Shown one piece after another: positions 7,015-14,939 of a stretch of 15,071 nucleotides of DNA; position 1 is the stretch's first letter, and every line of letters begins with the position of its first letter. Source of the stretch: Gemmatimonadota bacterium (lineage in GTDB: Bacteria; Gemmatimonadota; Gemmatimonadetes; Gemmatimonadales; Gemmatimonadaceae); the NCBI GenBank assembly GCA_031372565.1, contig JANMLN010000065.1, forward strand, positions 1-15,071, in the 5' to 3' direction. The notes below the pieces were generated by a model. That model was given only the letters and a program-made list of their open reading frames with translations. It was not told the origin of the DNA and ran no database searches. A program made the position numbers and the translations under genes.

Positions 7015-8016
7015 ATGCCCGAGACCCTCGCCCGCACGCGCCTCGAGTCCCTGGTCGCCCGCGCCGCCGGGCACCGCATCGCCATCATCGGCGACGCCAT
7101 GCTCGACGTCTACCTCAAGGGCGACGTTGATCGCATCTCCCCCGAAGCGCCCGTGCCCGTGGTGCGCGTCCGCGACCGCCGCGAAGCGCTCGGCGGCGCC
7201 GCCAACGTGGCGCAGAACGTGCTCGCGCTCGGCGCGCGCTGCGAACTCGTGGCCGCCGTTGGCGATGACCTCGCCGGACGGCGGCTGCGCGAGGAGCTGA
7301 CCACACGCGGCGCCGACGCCCGCGGCCTCGTGACCATCGCGCGCGCCACGACCACCAAGACGCGTGTGCTCGCTCGGGCGCAGCAGCTGCTCCGCTTCGA
7401 CGAGGAGGACGACGCCGACCTCACCGGTGCCGACGCCGCGGCGCTCTTGGCCGCTGTGCAGCGCGCAGCGCAGGACGCCGACGCGCTCGTGTTCGAGGAC
7501 TACAACAAGGGGGTTCTGGTGCCCGCCGTCATCGCGGCCGGCATTGCGGTCGCGACAGAGCGCAAGATCCCCGTGATCGTGGACCCCAAGTACCGGCACT
7601 TCTTTGCGTACAAGGGCGCGACGGTCTTCAAGCCGAACCGGCGCGAACTGGAGGCGGCGCTCGGCGCGGCCGTTGATCTGGAGCACCCCGAGGCGCTGCC
7701 GGCGGTCGTGGAGCGCGTGGGCGCCGAGCACGTGCTGCTCACGCTGGGCGAGCGCGGGATGGCGCTGGTGAGCGGCGACGGCTCGGTCATGCGGGTGCCG
7801 ACGACGGCACGCGAGGTGTACGACGTCGTCGGCGCCGGCGACACGGTCACCGCCTGGCTCGCCACGATGCTCGCCGCGGGGGCGACGGTACGGGAAGCGG
7901 CGGTGATCGCCAACTACGCGGCGGGGGTCCAGGTGGGCAAGCTCGGGGCGGCCACGGTGAGTCCGGCGGAGGTGATGGCGGCCTATGATGCGCATGCGGA
8001 GCAGGCGACCGGATAG
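7015..8016 (+). CDS. rfaE1: D-glycero-beta-D-manno-heptose-7-phosphate kinase (RfaE/HldE kinase domain only, PfkB family)
   Basis: IGDAMLDVY, RISPEAPVPVV, LGGAANVA, TTTKTRV, QQLLRFD, DYNKG, VDPK, KPNRRE, DVVGAGDTV and VGKLGAATV. 333 aa with no fused adenylyltransferase domain. Confidence 0.93.
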   Translation: MPETLARTRLESLVARAAGHRIAIIGDAMLDVYLKGDVDRISPEAPVPVVRVRDRREALGGAANVAQNVLALGARCELVAAVGDDLAGRRLREELTTRGADARGLVTIARATTTKTRVLARAQQLLRFDEEDDADLTGADAAALLAAVQRAAQDADALVFEDYNKGVLVPAVIAAGIAVATERKIPVIVDPKYRHFFAYKGATVFKPNRRELEAALGAAVDLEHPEALPAVVERVGAEHVLLTLGERGMALVSGDGSVMRVPTTAREVYDVVGAGDTVTAWLATMLAAGATVREAAVIANYAAGVQVGKLGAATVSPAEVMAAYDAHAEQATG

Positions 8017-8029
8017 CGGTCTCGTGGCA

Positions 8030-8059
8030 TTGGCGCATCGGCTGGGCCTCCCGTACTTT
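8030..8059 (+). promoter_or_regulatory. Putative sigma70-type promoter for the tRNA genes
   Basis: TTGGCG (8030-8035), 18-bp spacer, TACTTT (8054-8059), ending 9 bp before the tRNA 5' end. Confidence 0.45.
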
Positions 8060-8068
8060 GCGGCACCC

Positions 8069-8142
8069 GGGCCGATAGCTCAGCTGGTTAGAGCAGCGGA
8101 CTCATAATCCGACGCGCGCAGGTTCGAACCCTGCTCGGCCCA
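8069..8142 (+). tRNA. tRNA with CAT anticodon, most likely tRNA-Ile2 (lysidine-modified)
   Basis: Cloverleaf with acceptor GGGCCGA/TCGGCCC, D arm GCTC..GAGC, anticodon loop CTCATAA, T arm GCAGG-TTCGAAC-CCTGC and discriminator A. The paired G1-C72 excludes an initiator tRNA and the body resembles known Ile2 tRNAs. CCA is not encoded. Confidence 0.9.
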
Positions 8143-8251
8143 CTGCGGTTTGCGACCCCTCCCGTTGACATCGTGGTGTCGCTATCTTCACTGCCTGTCG
8201 TGACTTCGCCCACTCCGGTGCTGGACTTCCGGACCGAAGTCGAAGGGGACG

Positions 8252-8325
8252 GGGCGCGTAGCTCAGCTGGTTAGAGCGCTGCTTTCACACAGCAGAGGTC
8301 CGGGGTTCGAGTCCCTGCGCGCCCA
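8252..8325 (+). tRNA. tRNA-Val(CAC)
   Basis: Acceptor GGGCGCG/CGCGCCC, anticodon arm CTGCT-TTCACAC-AGCAG, T arm CGGGG-TTCGAGT-CCCTG and discriminator A. CCA is not encoded. Confidence 0.95.
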
Positions 8326-8377
8326 CTCCTTTCCCTTCCCGTTTTCTTTGCGACACGACCGGTTGCCACATACACAC

Positions 8378-10900
8378 GTGATCCGACGCCTTGCACTTGG
8401 GTGTGCCGTGGCCTGTCTGGCCGCCACCTTCCCGATGACGCTGGCGGCGCAACGTCCCTCGCCCGAACAGGCGCAGGAACTGCTGCGCACCCGCCCGGAC
8501 CTCGTGGAGCAGCTCCGGCAGCGGATGACGCAGAGCGGGCTTTCCCCCGAGCAGATCCGGGCGCGGCTGCGGGCCGAGGGGTACCCGGAAACCCTGCTCG
8601 ATGCGTACCTGCCTGGGGCGACCGTCGCCCCTGATGCACGCAGTCGGGACAAGGTGCTGAGCGCGATGCGGAGCCTGGGGATTGCCGACTCGGCCGACCT
8701 GGCGGGTCTCGTGCAAGCGGGGCGCGCGGGGGGACCAAGCGACACGACCGGGCTTGAACTGCTCACAGGTGATGTCGCGCAGGGTAGCGGAGGAGGGGCC
8801 GCCGGGCGCGACAGCGGTGAGGCACGCCTCAAGGCCGACAGCGGTTTCGCGCTCTTTGGCCTGTCGGTGTTTCGCATGGCGCCGCAGGCGTTCCAGGCCA
8901 ACGCGGCCGGCCCGGTGGATGCCAACTACCGGCTCGGAGCCGGCGACCGGCTGGTCCTGATCCTCACCGGCGACGTGGAGCTCGCGCATGACTTGAGCAT
9001 CACGCGCGAGGGGTTCATCGTCATCCCGCAGGTTGGCCAGGTGTTCGTGAACAACCTGACCTTGGGTGAGCTCGAGAACGTGCTGTATGGGCGCCTCGCG
9101 CGCGTGTACTCGGGGGTCAAGCGCGGGGGCGGCACCACGCGCTTTTCGCTGAGCGTGGCGAACCTGCGTTCCCTGCAGGTGTTCGTGGTCGGCGACGTGG
9201 AGCGACCGGGGAGTTACCGGGTGTCGAGCGCCGGCACCGCCTTCTCTGCCCTGTATGCGGCCGGTGGGCCCACGCGGGCGGGAACGTTGCGGCGCATCGA
9301 GATCCGGCGCGGTGGCAAGGTGGTGGACGCGCTCGACGCCTACGACTACCTGCTCAAGGGCGACGCCACGCACGACGTGCGCCTTGAAACGGGGGATGTG
9401 GTGTTCGTGGGGCCGCATGGCGCGCGGACACGCGTGGTGGGCGAAGTGGTGCGCCCCGCCACGTACGAAATGAAGGAGAAGGAGACGGTGGCCGACGCCA
9501 TCAGGATGGCGGGCGGGGCCACGTCGGAGGCCGACGGGCGCCGGGTGGTGGTGGAGCGCGTGCTGCCCGCGTCGGAACGGACGGTCACGGGGCGCGACCG
9601 CACCGTGCTCGCGCTCTCCGCCGAAGGTGCCGCCACGGTCACCATCGGCGGCGGTGACGTGATTCGCGTGGGGGCCATTTCCGACCGGGTGCGCAACCGC
9701 GTGGTGGTGCGCGGCAACGTCTGGAGCCCGGGGCTCGTGGCAGCCGACCGGGGGATGACGCTCTCCGCGGCGCTCAAGAAGGCCGGCGGGCTGCGGCCCG
9801 ACACCTACCTGGGCCGGGTGCTAATCACGCGGCTCCGCCCCGATTCCACGCGCGTGCAGTTGCGCGCGGTGCTTCGGGACACCACCGGCGTGCCGGTCGA
9901 GGATCTGGCGCTGCAGGAGGACGACGACATTCGCGTCTTCTCGCTCACCGAGTTCCGCCCGCAGCGGTTCGTCTCGATCGCGGGCTCCGTGCGCAAGGGG
10001 GGGCGGTTCCCGTATCGCGACGGGATGACGATGCGCGACCTCGTGCTGCTGGCGGGGGGGCTCGACCAGAGCGCGTATCTGACCGAGGCGGAGATCGCGC
10101 GGCTGCCGGAATCGCGCGCCGGGGGGATCACCGCTTCCACCGTGCGGGTGGCGCTCGACTCGAGCTACCTGGCCGAGCGCACCGCCGACACGCGGTATCA
10201 GGGGCCGCCAGGGCTTCCAGCAGCGGCTGGCGGTGCGCCCGAGGTGCCGTTGGCCCCATACGACTATGTGCTGATCCTCCGCCAGCCGGACTGGTCGCTG
10301 CAGCGGGCGGTGTGGGTGACGGGCGAGGTGAAGTTTCCCGGGCGCTACACGCTCAAGGCGCAGAACGAGCGGCTGAGCGACGTGATCCAGCGGGCGGGCG
10401 GTTTGGGACCCCAAGCGTACGCCGAAGGGGCCGTGTTCGTGCGGACGCGTGACGACGTGGGGCGGGTCGGGATTGACCTCCGCCGCGCGCTGCGCGAACG
10501 CGACTTCCGCGACAACCTGGTGCTGCAGGATGGGGACTCGGTCAACATTGCGCAGCTCGACCCCGTGGTGCTCGTGCGGGGCGAGGTGAATGCGCCGACG
10601 GCGGTGGCTTACCGGCCCGGGGCAAGCATTGACTACTACGTGCAGTCGGCGGGTGGCGCCAAGCGGACGGGTGATGAACGGCGCGCCTACGTGGCGCAGG
10701 CCAACGGGCAGGTGGAAAGCCGGGTGCCGCGGTGGTTCTTCCTGCCGGATGGGAGGCCCGAGCCGGCGCCTGGGGGCACCGTGTTGGTACCGCTCAAGGA
10801 CCTGAACGAGGACATACAGGCCACGCAGCGGTTGACGGCGTGGTTGGGGATCCTGACGAGTTTGGCCACGCTGGCGATCGTTGTCCGCAGCAGGATCTAG
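8378..10900 (+). CDS. Polysaccharide export outer-membrane protein with multiple SLBB domains (Wza/KpsD/OtnA-like)
   Basis: GTG 8378 gives a signal-peptide-like N-terminus (alternative TTG 8348). Poly_export motif YRLGAGDRLVLILTG...EGFIVIPQVG, about six SLBB repeats (e.g. VFVVGDVERPGSY, VSIAGSVRKGGRF, VWVTGEVKFPGRY) and a C-terminal hydrophobic helix. Confidence 0.92.
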   Translation: MIRRLALGCAVACLAATFPMTLAAQRPSPEQAQELLRTRPDLVEQLRQRMTQSGLSPEQIRARLRAEGYPETLLDAYLPGATVAPDARSRDKVLSAMRSLGIADSADLAGLVQAGRAGGPSDTTGLELLTGDVAQGSGGGAAGRDSGEARLKADSGFALFGLSVFRMAPQAFQANAAGPVDANYRLGAGDRLVLILTGDVELAHDLSITREGFIVIPQVGQVFVNNLTLGELENVLYGRLARVYSGVKRGGGTTRFSLSVANLRSLQVFVVGDVERPGSYRVSSAGTAFSALYAAGGPTRAGTLRRIEIRRGGKVVDALDAYDYLLKGDATHDVRLETGDVVFVGPHGARTRVVGEVVRPATYEMKEKETVADAIRMAGGATSEADGRRVVVERVLPASERTVTGRDRTVLALSAEGAATVTIGGGDVIRVGAISDRVRNRVVVRGNVWSPGLVAADRGMTLSAALKKAGGLRPDTYLGRVLITRLRPDSTRVQLRAVLRDTTGVPVEDLALQEDDDIRVFSLTEFRPQRFVSIAGSVRKGGRFPYRDGMTMRDLVLLAGGLDQSAYLTEAEIARLPESRAGGITASTVRVALDSSYLAERTADTRYQGPPGLPAAAGGAPEVPLAPYDYVLILRQPDWSLQRAVWVTGEVKFPGRYTLKAQNERLSDVIQRAGGLGPQAYAEGAVFVRTRDDVGRVGIDLRRALRERDFRDNLVLQDGDSVNIAQLDPVVLVRGEVNAPTAVAYRPGASIDYYVQSAGGAKRTGDERRAYVAQANGQVESRVPRWFFLPDGRPEPAPGGTVLVPLKDLNEDIQATQRLTAWLGILTSLATLAIVVRSRI

Positions 10901-11375
10901 CTCGGACGGGCATCTCGGACCGGCCCTCGTCGCCGGTGCCGGAGTGCTGGGCGGCCTGCTCGCGATTGCCGCGCGCCGCCCCTCGTGCACGACTCGACGG
11001 GCCTGCGCTCCCTGTACGCTCTCGAGTCGCTCGTGCGCGCCGCGCAGCTATGGCACGCCGCGCAGCTATGGCACGCCGCGCCGGAGCGGGAAACGCTGCC
11101 GCAGCGTGGCACGGTGCGGAGCATCCGGTCGTGGGATCCGGTCGTGTGGGACGCCCGCGTGGTGCAGCCGCTGGAACGGCTGTTCGAGGTCGCGACGCTC
11201 CTCGCCGATGGCGACCTCGCCGTGCCAATGACCGTCCACGACTCCCTCGATGCGGCCTCTGACGTCGGCTGCGCCACGAAGCACGAGGTACGCTCTTACT
11301 CTCCGCTCAGCGACGGCCGTGTGCTGCGGCGGCAAATGGATTGGTCGGGCTCGTCAGCGGCAAGGCCTTGACGCC
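10901..11375 (+). pseudogene. Probable decayed gene or unexplained region (possible 128-aa ORF at 10985-11371)
   Basis: A hydrophobic TM-like fragment (PALVAGAGVLGGLLAIAARRP) sits in one frame and protein-like text in another. There are short tandem duplications and no recognisable family. Confidence 0.35.
11038..11081. repeat. 18-bp tandem repeat, about 2.4 copies (CGCCGCGCAGCTATGGCA)
   Basis: Perfect copies at 11038-11055 and 11056-11073, then a partial CGCCGCGC at 11074-11081. Confidence 0.9.
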
Positions 11376-12425
11376 TCACCTCCGAATCAGCGCCTGCAGC
11401 GGCCGCTTGAGGTCGGCGCGTGTCGCCAGCCAGGCCTCACGCAGATCCGCCATTTCGTCGGTGGGACGAGAGCCCGGGATCGCCAAAGCAAGCGCGAGGA
11501 ACGCGATCGCGGCGCCCACGCCGCCGAGGATGGTGGCGGTGATCGTGTAGCGCACCAGTCCGCGCCCCACCGGAAACGGCGGGACGTCCGGCTCTTCGAC
11601 GAGGCTCAGCACCGGCGTGTCGCGCACCTCGTCAATCTTCGACTGCTCGAAGGCCTGCGCGAGCGAGGTGTACACCGTCTGCCGCATCGCCACCTCGCGG
11701 GCCAGGCGATCGTGCTGGAACGCGAGCTCAGGCGAGCCGCGATAGTCGCGATTGCGCTGCAGGAACGCCTGCTGCCGATCCTCGGCGTCACGCAGCTCAG
11801 CGCGCACCTCGGCAAGCCGGCGTTCGGTGAACTGGCGCTCGGCCGTGGCTTGCGACTTCCGGCGCTGCTGGTTGAACGAATCGAGGGCGGCGAGCAGACG
11901 CTTGGTGACGGCCGCGCTCAGCCCGGGGTCGCGCGTCGTGACGGTCAGCGTCACGACCCCGGTCTTGAGGTTGGCAGAGGCCCCCACGCGATCCTTCATC
12001 TCGAGGATGCCGCGCTCGCGCAGCTCCTCCGCGTTCTTCCCCTTCGCGCCCAGGTAATCCGCGAGCACCGTGTCGCGCTTCGCCCCATCCACCGTCACGG
12101 GAAAGCGCTCCATCACGGTCGTTCCCAGAATCTCGCGCGAGAGCAGCAGGTCCACGTAAAACGCCGGCGACTGCGCCCCATCCTGCGTGGGAACGGCGAG
12201 CCCGAACTGCGCCGCGAGGCCCGAGATGGCGCTCGGCTGGCGCCGCGCCTGCGGCGTGAAGGACGCATAGGCCGAGTACTGCCGAGAGCGGACGAGGATC
12301 ATCACTCCGACGAGCAACCCGAGGACCAGTGCCGTACGTATGATGCCCACGCGGCGTCGCAACAGCACCGCCAGCAGGGCCGCAGGAGAAAACGCCTGCG
12401 CATCGTCCGGCGCGGGGTTGGTCAC
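11376..12425 (-). CDS. Wzz/GNVR-domain polysaccharide co-polymerase (chain-length determinant)
   Basis: N-terminal TM followed by YSAYASFTP, ISGLAAQFG, LLLSREIL, a coiled coil (AERQFTERRL...), the GNVR-like LSLVEEPDVP and a C-terminal TM. No tyrosine-kinase domain. GTGA overlap with the upstream stop. Confidence 0.88.
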   Translation of the reverse strand: MTNPAPDDAQAFSPAALLAVLLRRRVGIIRTALVLGLLVGVMILVRSRQYSAYASFTPQARRQPSAISGLAAQFGLAVPTQDGAQSPAFYVDLLLSREILGTTVMERFPVTVDGAKRDTVLADYLGAKGKNAEELRERGILEMKDRVGASANLKTGVVTLTVTTRDPGLSAAVTKRLLAALDSFNQQRRKSQATAERQFTERRLAEVRAELRDAEDRQQAFLQRNRDYRGSPELAFQHDRLAREVAMRQTVYTSLAQAFEQSKIDEVRDTPVLSLVEEPDVPPFPVGRGLVRYTITATILGGVGAAIAFLALALAIPGSRPTDEMADLREAWLATRADLKRPLQALIRR

Positions 12426-13375
12426 GAGGCAGCGACTCCTGCGCGCACGCGCCGGCCGGCCAGCAGGTCGCGAACACCCTGCACGACCGCCGGCGTGTCG
12501 AGCCCGTAGCGACTGCGCAGGTACTCCTGGCTCCCAACGATGCTCGAGAAGCCGGCGACGAGGCCGAGCCGACCGAACCGCTTCGGCTGCCAGCCGTAGT
12601 CGAGGCAGGCTTCGGCGACGGCGCTGCCCAGCCCGCCGTCGAGGGTGTGCTCCTCGAGAGTGAGGATGCCGCCGGTATCGCGCGCCGCCTCGCCGATGCT
12701 TGCCGTGTCGAGCGGCTTGATCGTGTGAGCGCTCACCACGCGGAGGGCGATCCCCTCCTGGGCCAGCAGGTCCGCGGCCTGCAGGGCAACGCCGAGGATC
12801 CCGCCGGAAGCGATGACGGTGAGGACGTCACCTTCGCGAACGCGGCGCCACGCGCCGATCGTGAAGGTCTCGCCCGGCCGACCCGTGTTGCCCGCCGAGC
12901 TCTTGTCGAGCCGCAGGTACGCGGTACCCGGCGCTGCGACGAGCGCCGCCGTGGCCTGCTCCGCCTCCCAGTCGCACCCCGGCACCAGCACCGTGATGTC
13001 CGGCAGCGCGCGCAGGATGGCGATATCCTCGGTCGCATGGTGCGAGATACCCAGTGCGCCGTACGAGAAGCCGCCGCCGATGGCGACCACCTTCACGGCG
13101 GCGTTGTGATAGCAGGCATCGTTGCGGATCTGCTCGAGGCAGCGCAGCGTCGGGAAGTTCGCGATCGAGTACGTGAAGACCACGCGTCCTTCGAGCGCGA
13201 GCCCGGTGGCCAGGCCGGTCATGTTCTGCTCGGCCACGCCGGCGTTCAGGTACTGCGCCGGAAGCGCCTTCGCGAACTTGTCGAGCACGCCGAACCCGAG
13301 GTCACCCGTGATGAGCGTGACGCGGGCGTCCTGCTCGGCGATCGCCTGCAGCCGCTGTACGAAGACGTCCCTCAT
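12422..13375 (-). CDS. Transketolase-like protein, C-terminal (pyrimidine-binding plus C-domain) subunit
   Basis: True start MRDVFV at ATG 13375 (ATGA overlap). Motifs LITGDLGFG, NAGVAEQNM, EQIRND, GISHHATED, AYLRL, TIKPLD and EEH...GGLGSAV. 317 aa. Confidence 0.93.
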   Translation of the reverse strand: MRDVFVQRLQAIAEQDARVTLITGDLGFGVLDKFAKALPAQYLNAGVAEQNMTGLATGLALEGRVVFTYSIANFPTLRCLEQIRNDACYHNAAVKVVAIGGGFSYGALGISHHATEDIAILRALPDITVLVPGCDWEAEQATAALVAAPGTAYLRLDKSSAGNTGRPGETFTIGAWRRVREGDVLTVIASGGILGVALQAADLLAQEGIALRVVSAHTIKPLDTASIGEAARDTGGILTLEEHTLDGGLGSAVAEACLDYGWQPKRFGRLGLVAGFSSIVGSQEYLRSRYGLDTPAVVQGVRDLLAGRRVRAGVAAS

Positions 13376-14115
13376 GCGGCCTTCCGGCGGAAGTGGAGTG
13401 GTGTGTCGCCCGTGCCCGGCGGAACGTATGCCGATGGCGCACCGTGGCGAGCGGCCACCTGCTGCAACTGTTCGTCGCCGCCGAGGTCGCGCACCAGCGC
13501 GGTGACGGCATCGAGCGCCGCGCGCCGGTCGAGCGCACTGCGGACGGTCAACCAGACCAGCTGGAGGTCCATCGCGACGCCGGTGCGGTTGTACACGTAG
13601 AGCAGCGCGAGGCGCGACTTCCACGGGCGAATCACTTCGTTGTACTTGCCGTCGGGATCGGCCGCGCCGCGGAGGATGTCCCCCTCGTCGGCGAACACGA
13701 TGGACGCGATGTCGGTGATGCCGGGCCGCACGGTGAGCATGTCGCGCTCGACCGCGGTGTACAGCGCGGCATCGGGCACCACCTGCGGGCGCGGGCCCAC
13801 CAGGCTCATGTCGCCCTTGAGCACGTTCCACAGCTGCGTCAGCTCGTCGAGCTTCGCCTTGCGGATGAAGCGGCCAACCGCCGTGATGCGCGGGTCGTCG
13901 CCGGCCGTGGACATCACGCCCGTCTTGTCGGCGAGGATCTTCATGGACCGCAGCTTGACCATGCGGAAGGTGCCGCCCCCGCGCGCGACGCGGGTGGCGA
14001 TGTAGAACGGCGAGTGCCAGTCCTGCAGCCAGACGGCGATCATGGCCGGCACGAGGATGACCGAGCCCACCGTGAGGCCGAAGACCGACGCCGCGATGTC
14101 GAGGAGGCGCTTCAT
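13372..14115 (-). CDS. Sugar transferase (Bac_transf; monotopic phosphoglycosyl transferase, PglC/WbaP-C-like)
   Basis: MKRLLDI, single hydrophobic segment, FRMVKLRSM, DDPRITAVGRFIRKAKLDELTQLWNVLKGDMSLVGPRP and RPGITD. The catalytic DE dyad is present. Confidence 0.95.
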   Translation of the reverse strand: MKRLLDIAASVFGLTVGSVILVPAMIAVWLQDWHSPFYIATRVARGGGTFRMVKLRSMKILADKTGVMSTAGDDPRITAVGRFIRKAKLDELTQLWNVLKGDMSLVGPRPQVVPDAALYTAVERDMLTVRPGITDIASIVFADEGDILRGAADPDGKYNEVIRPWKSRLALLYVYNRTGVAMDLQLVWLTVRSALDRRAALDAVTALVRDLGGDEQLQQVAARHGAPSAYVPPGTGDTPLHFRRKAA

Positions 14116-14939
14116 CGGGCCGCCCCCTCGAGTTCCGCGATCGCCGCATCGAACTCGGCCCCGCGCGCCGTGCGATAGTGCCAGAGCACCGTGTTCTCCA
14201 TGAAGCTGACGCCCTTCCCCTTGGTGGTATGGCAGAGCACGACGGTCGGCTTGCCCGCGTGAACGGGCACGCCGCCCAGCGCCGCGGTGAGCTGCGCGTG
14301 GTCATGGCCGTCCACCTCGATCACGTGCCAGCCGAACGCGCGCCACTTGTCGGCGAACGGCTCGAGCGCGAGCGTGTTCGCGACCAGGTCGAGGCTCTGG
14401 ATCTTGTTGTAGTCCACGACGGCCACCAGACGGTCGAGCTTGTGGTGCGACGCGAACATCACCGCCTCCCAGATCGAGCCTTCGTCGCACTCGCCATCGC
14501 TGAGGATGGTATACACCCGGCTCGGCCGTCCATCGGCCTTGCAGGCGAGCGCCATGCCGGCTGCCACCGAGAGCCCGTGCCCGAGCGACCCGGTCGAGAG
14601 CTCGACGCCAGGAATCCCCTTGTGCGAGACATGGCCGCTCAGGTCCGAGCCGTCCTGGTAGTGCGTCTTGAGCTTCTCGAGCGGGAAGAAGCCTCGCTCC
14701 GCGAGCGCGGCGTACATGCCGGCCCCCGCGTGCCCCTTGCTGAGGATCACGCGGTCGCGGTCCGGCCAGCGTGGCTGCGCCGGGTCCACGCGCAGCACGT
14801 GCCCATACAGCACCGCGAGAATGTCGGCCATCGACAGGGCCGAGGCCACGTGCGAACTGCCCCCGGCGCTCGTCATGCGCACCGCATGCAGGCGGATGCG
14901 TGCGGCGAGCGCCCGGGTATCCATCGGCGCAGCGGTCAT
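14112..14939 (-). CDS. Transketolase-like protein, N-terminal (ThDP-binding) subunit
   Basis: SSHVASALS, DRDRVILSKGH, LSGH, STGSLGHGL, ThDP motif SDGECDEGSIWEA...DYNKIQ, VDGHD, TTKGKGVSFME and WHY. Confidence 0.94.
   Translation of the reverse strand: MTAAPMDTRALAARIRLHAVRMTSAGGSSHVASALSMADILAVLYGHVLRVDPAQPRWPDRDRVILSKGHAGAGMYAALAERGFFPLEKLKTHYQDGSDLSGHVSHKGIPGVELSTGSLGHGLSVAAGMALACKADGRPSRVYTILSDGECDEGSIWEAVMFASHHKLDRLVAVVDYNKIQSLDLVANTLALEPFADKWRAFGWHVIEVDGHDHAQLTAALGGVPVHAGKPTVVLCHTTKGKGVSFMENTVLWHYRTARGAEFDAAIAELEGAAR

Noticed and set aside
8069..8142. CAT-anticodon tRNA as initiator tRNA-fMet
   Set aside because: It has a G1-C72 pair and lacks the three consecutive G-C pairs in the anticodon stem. 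Elongator Met cannot be fully excluded without tRNAscan-SE isotype models.
8252..8325. tRNA-Val as the att site of an integrated island
   Set aside because: No integrase, no duplicated tRNA 3' end and no obvious compositional shift is visible within the window.
11038..11146. Short direct repeats as a mini-CRISPR array
   Set aside because: The units are directly tandem with no spacers and are too short.
12422..14305. 627-aa ORF extending transketolase-C through the sugar transferase gene into transketolase-N, suggesting a frameshift fusion
   Set aside because: The extension is Arg/Pro/Ala-rich off-frame text typical of high-GC DNA. A proper ATGA-coupled start exists at 13375 and no slippery site is evident.
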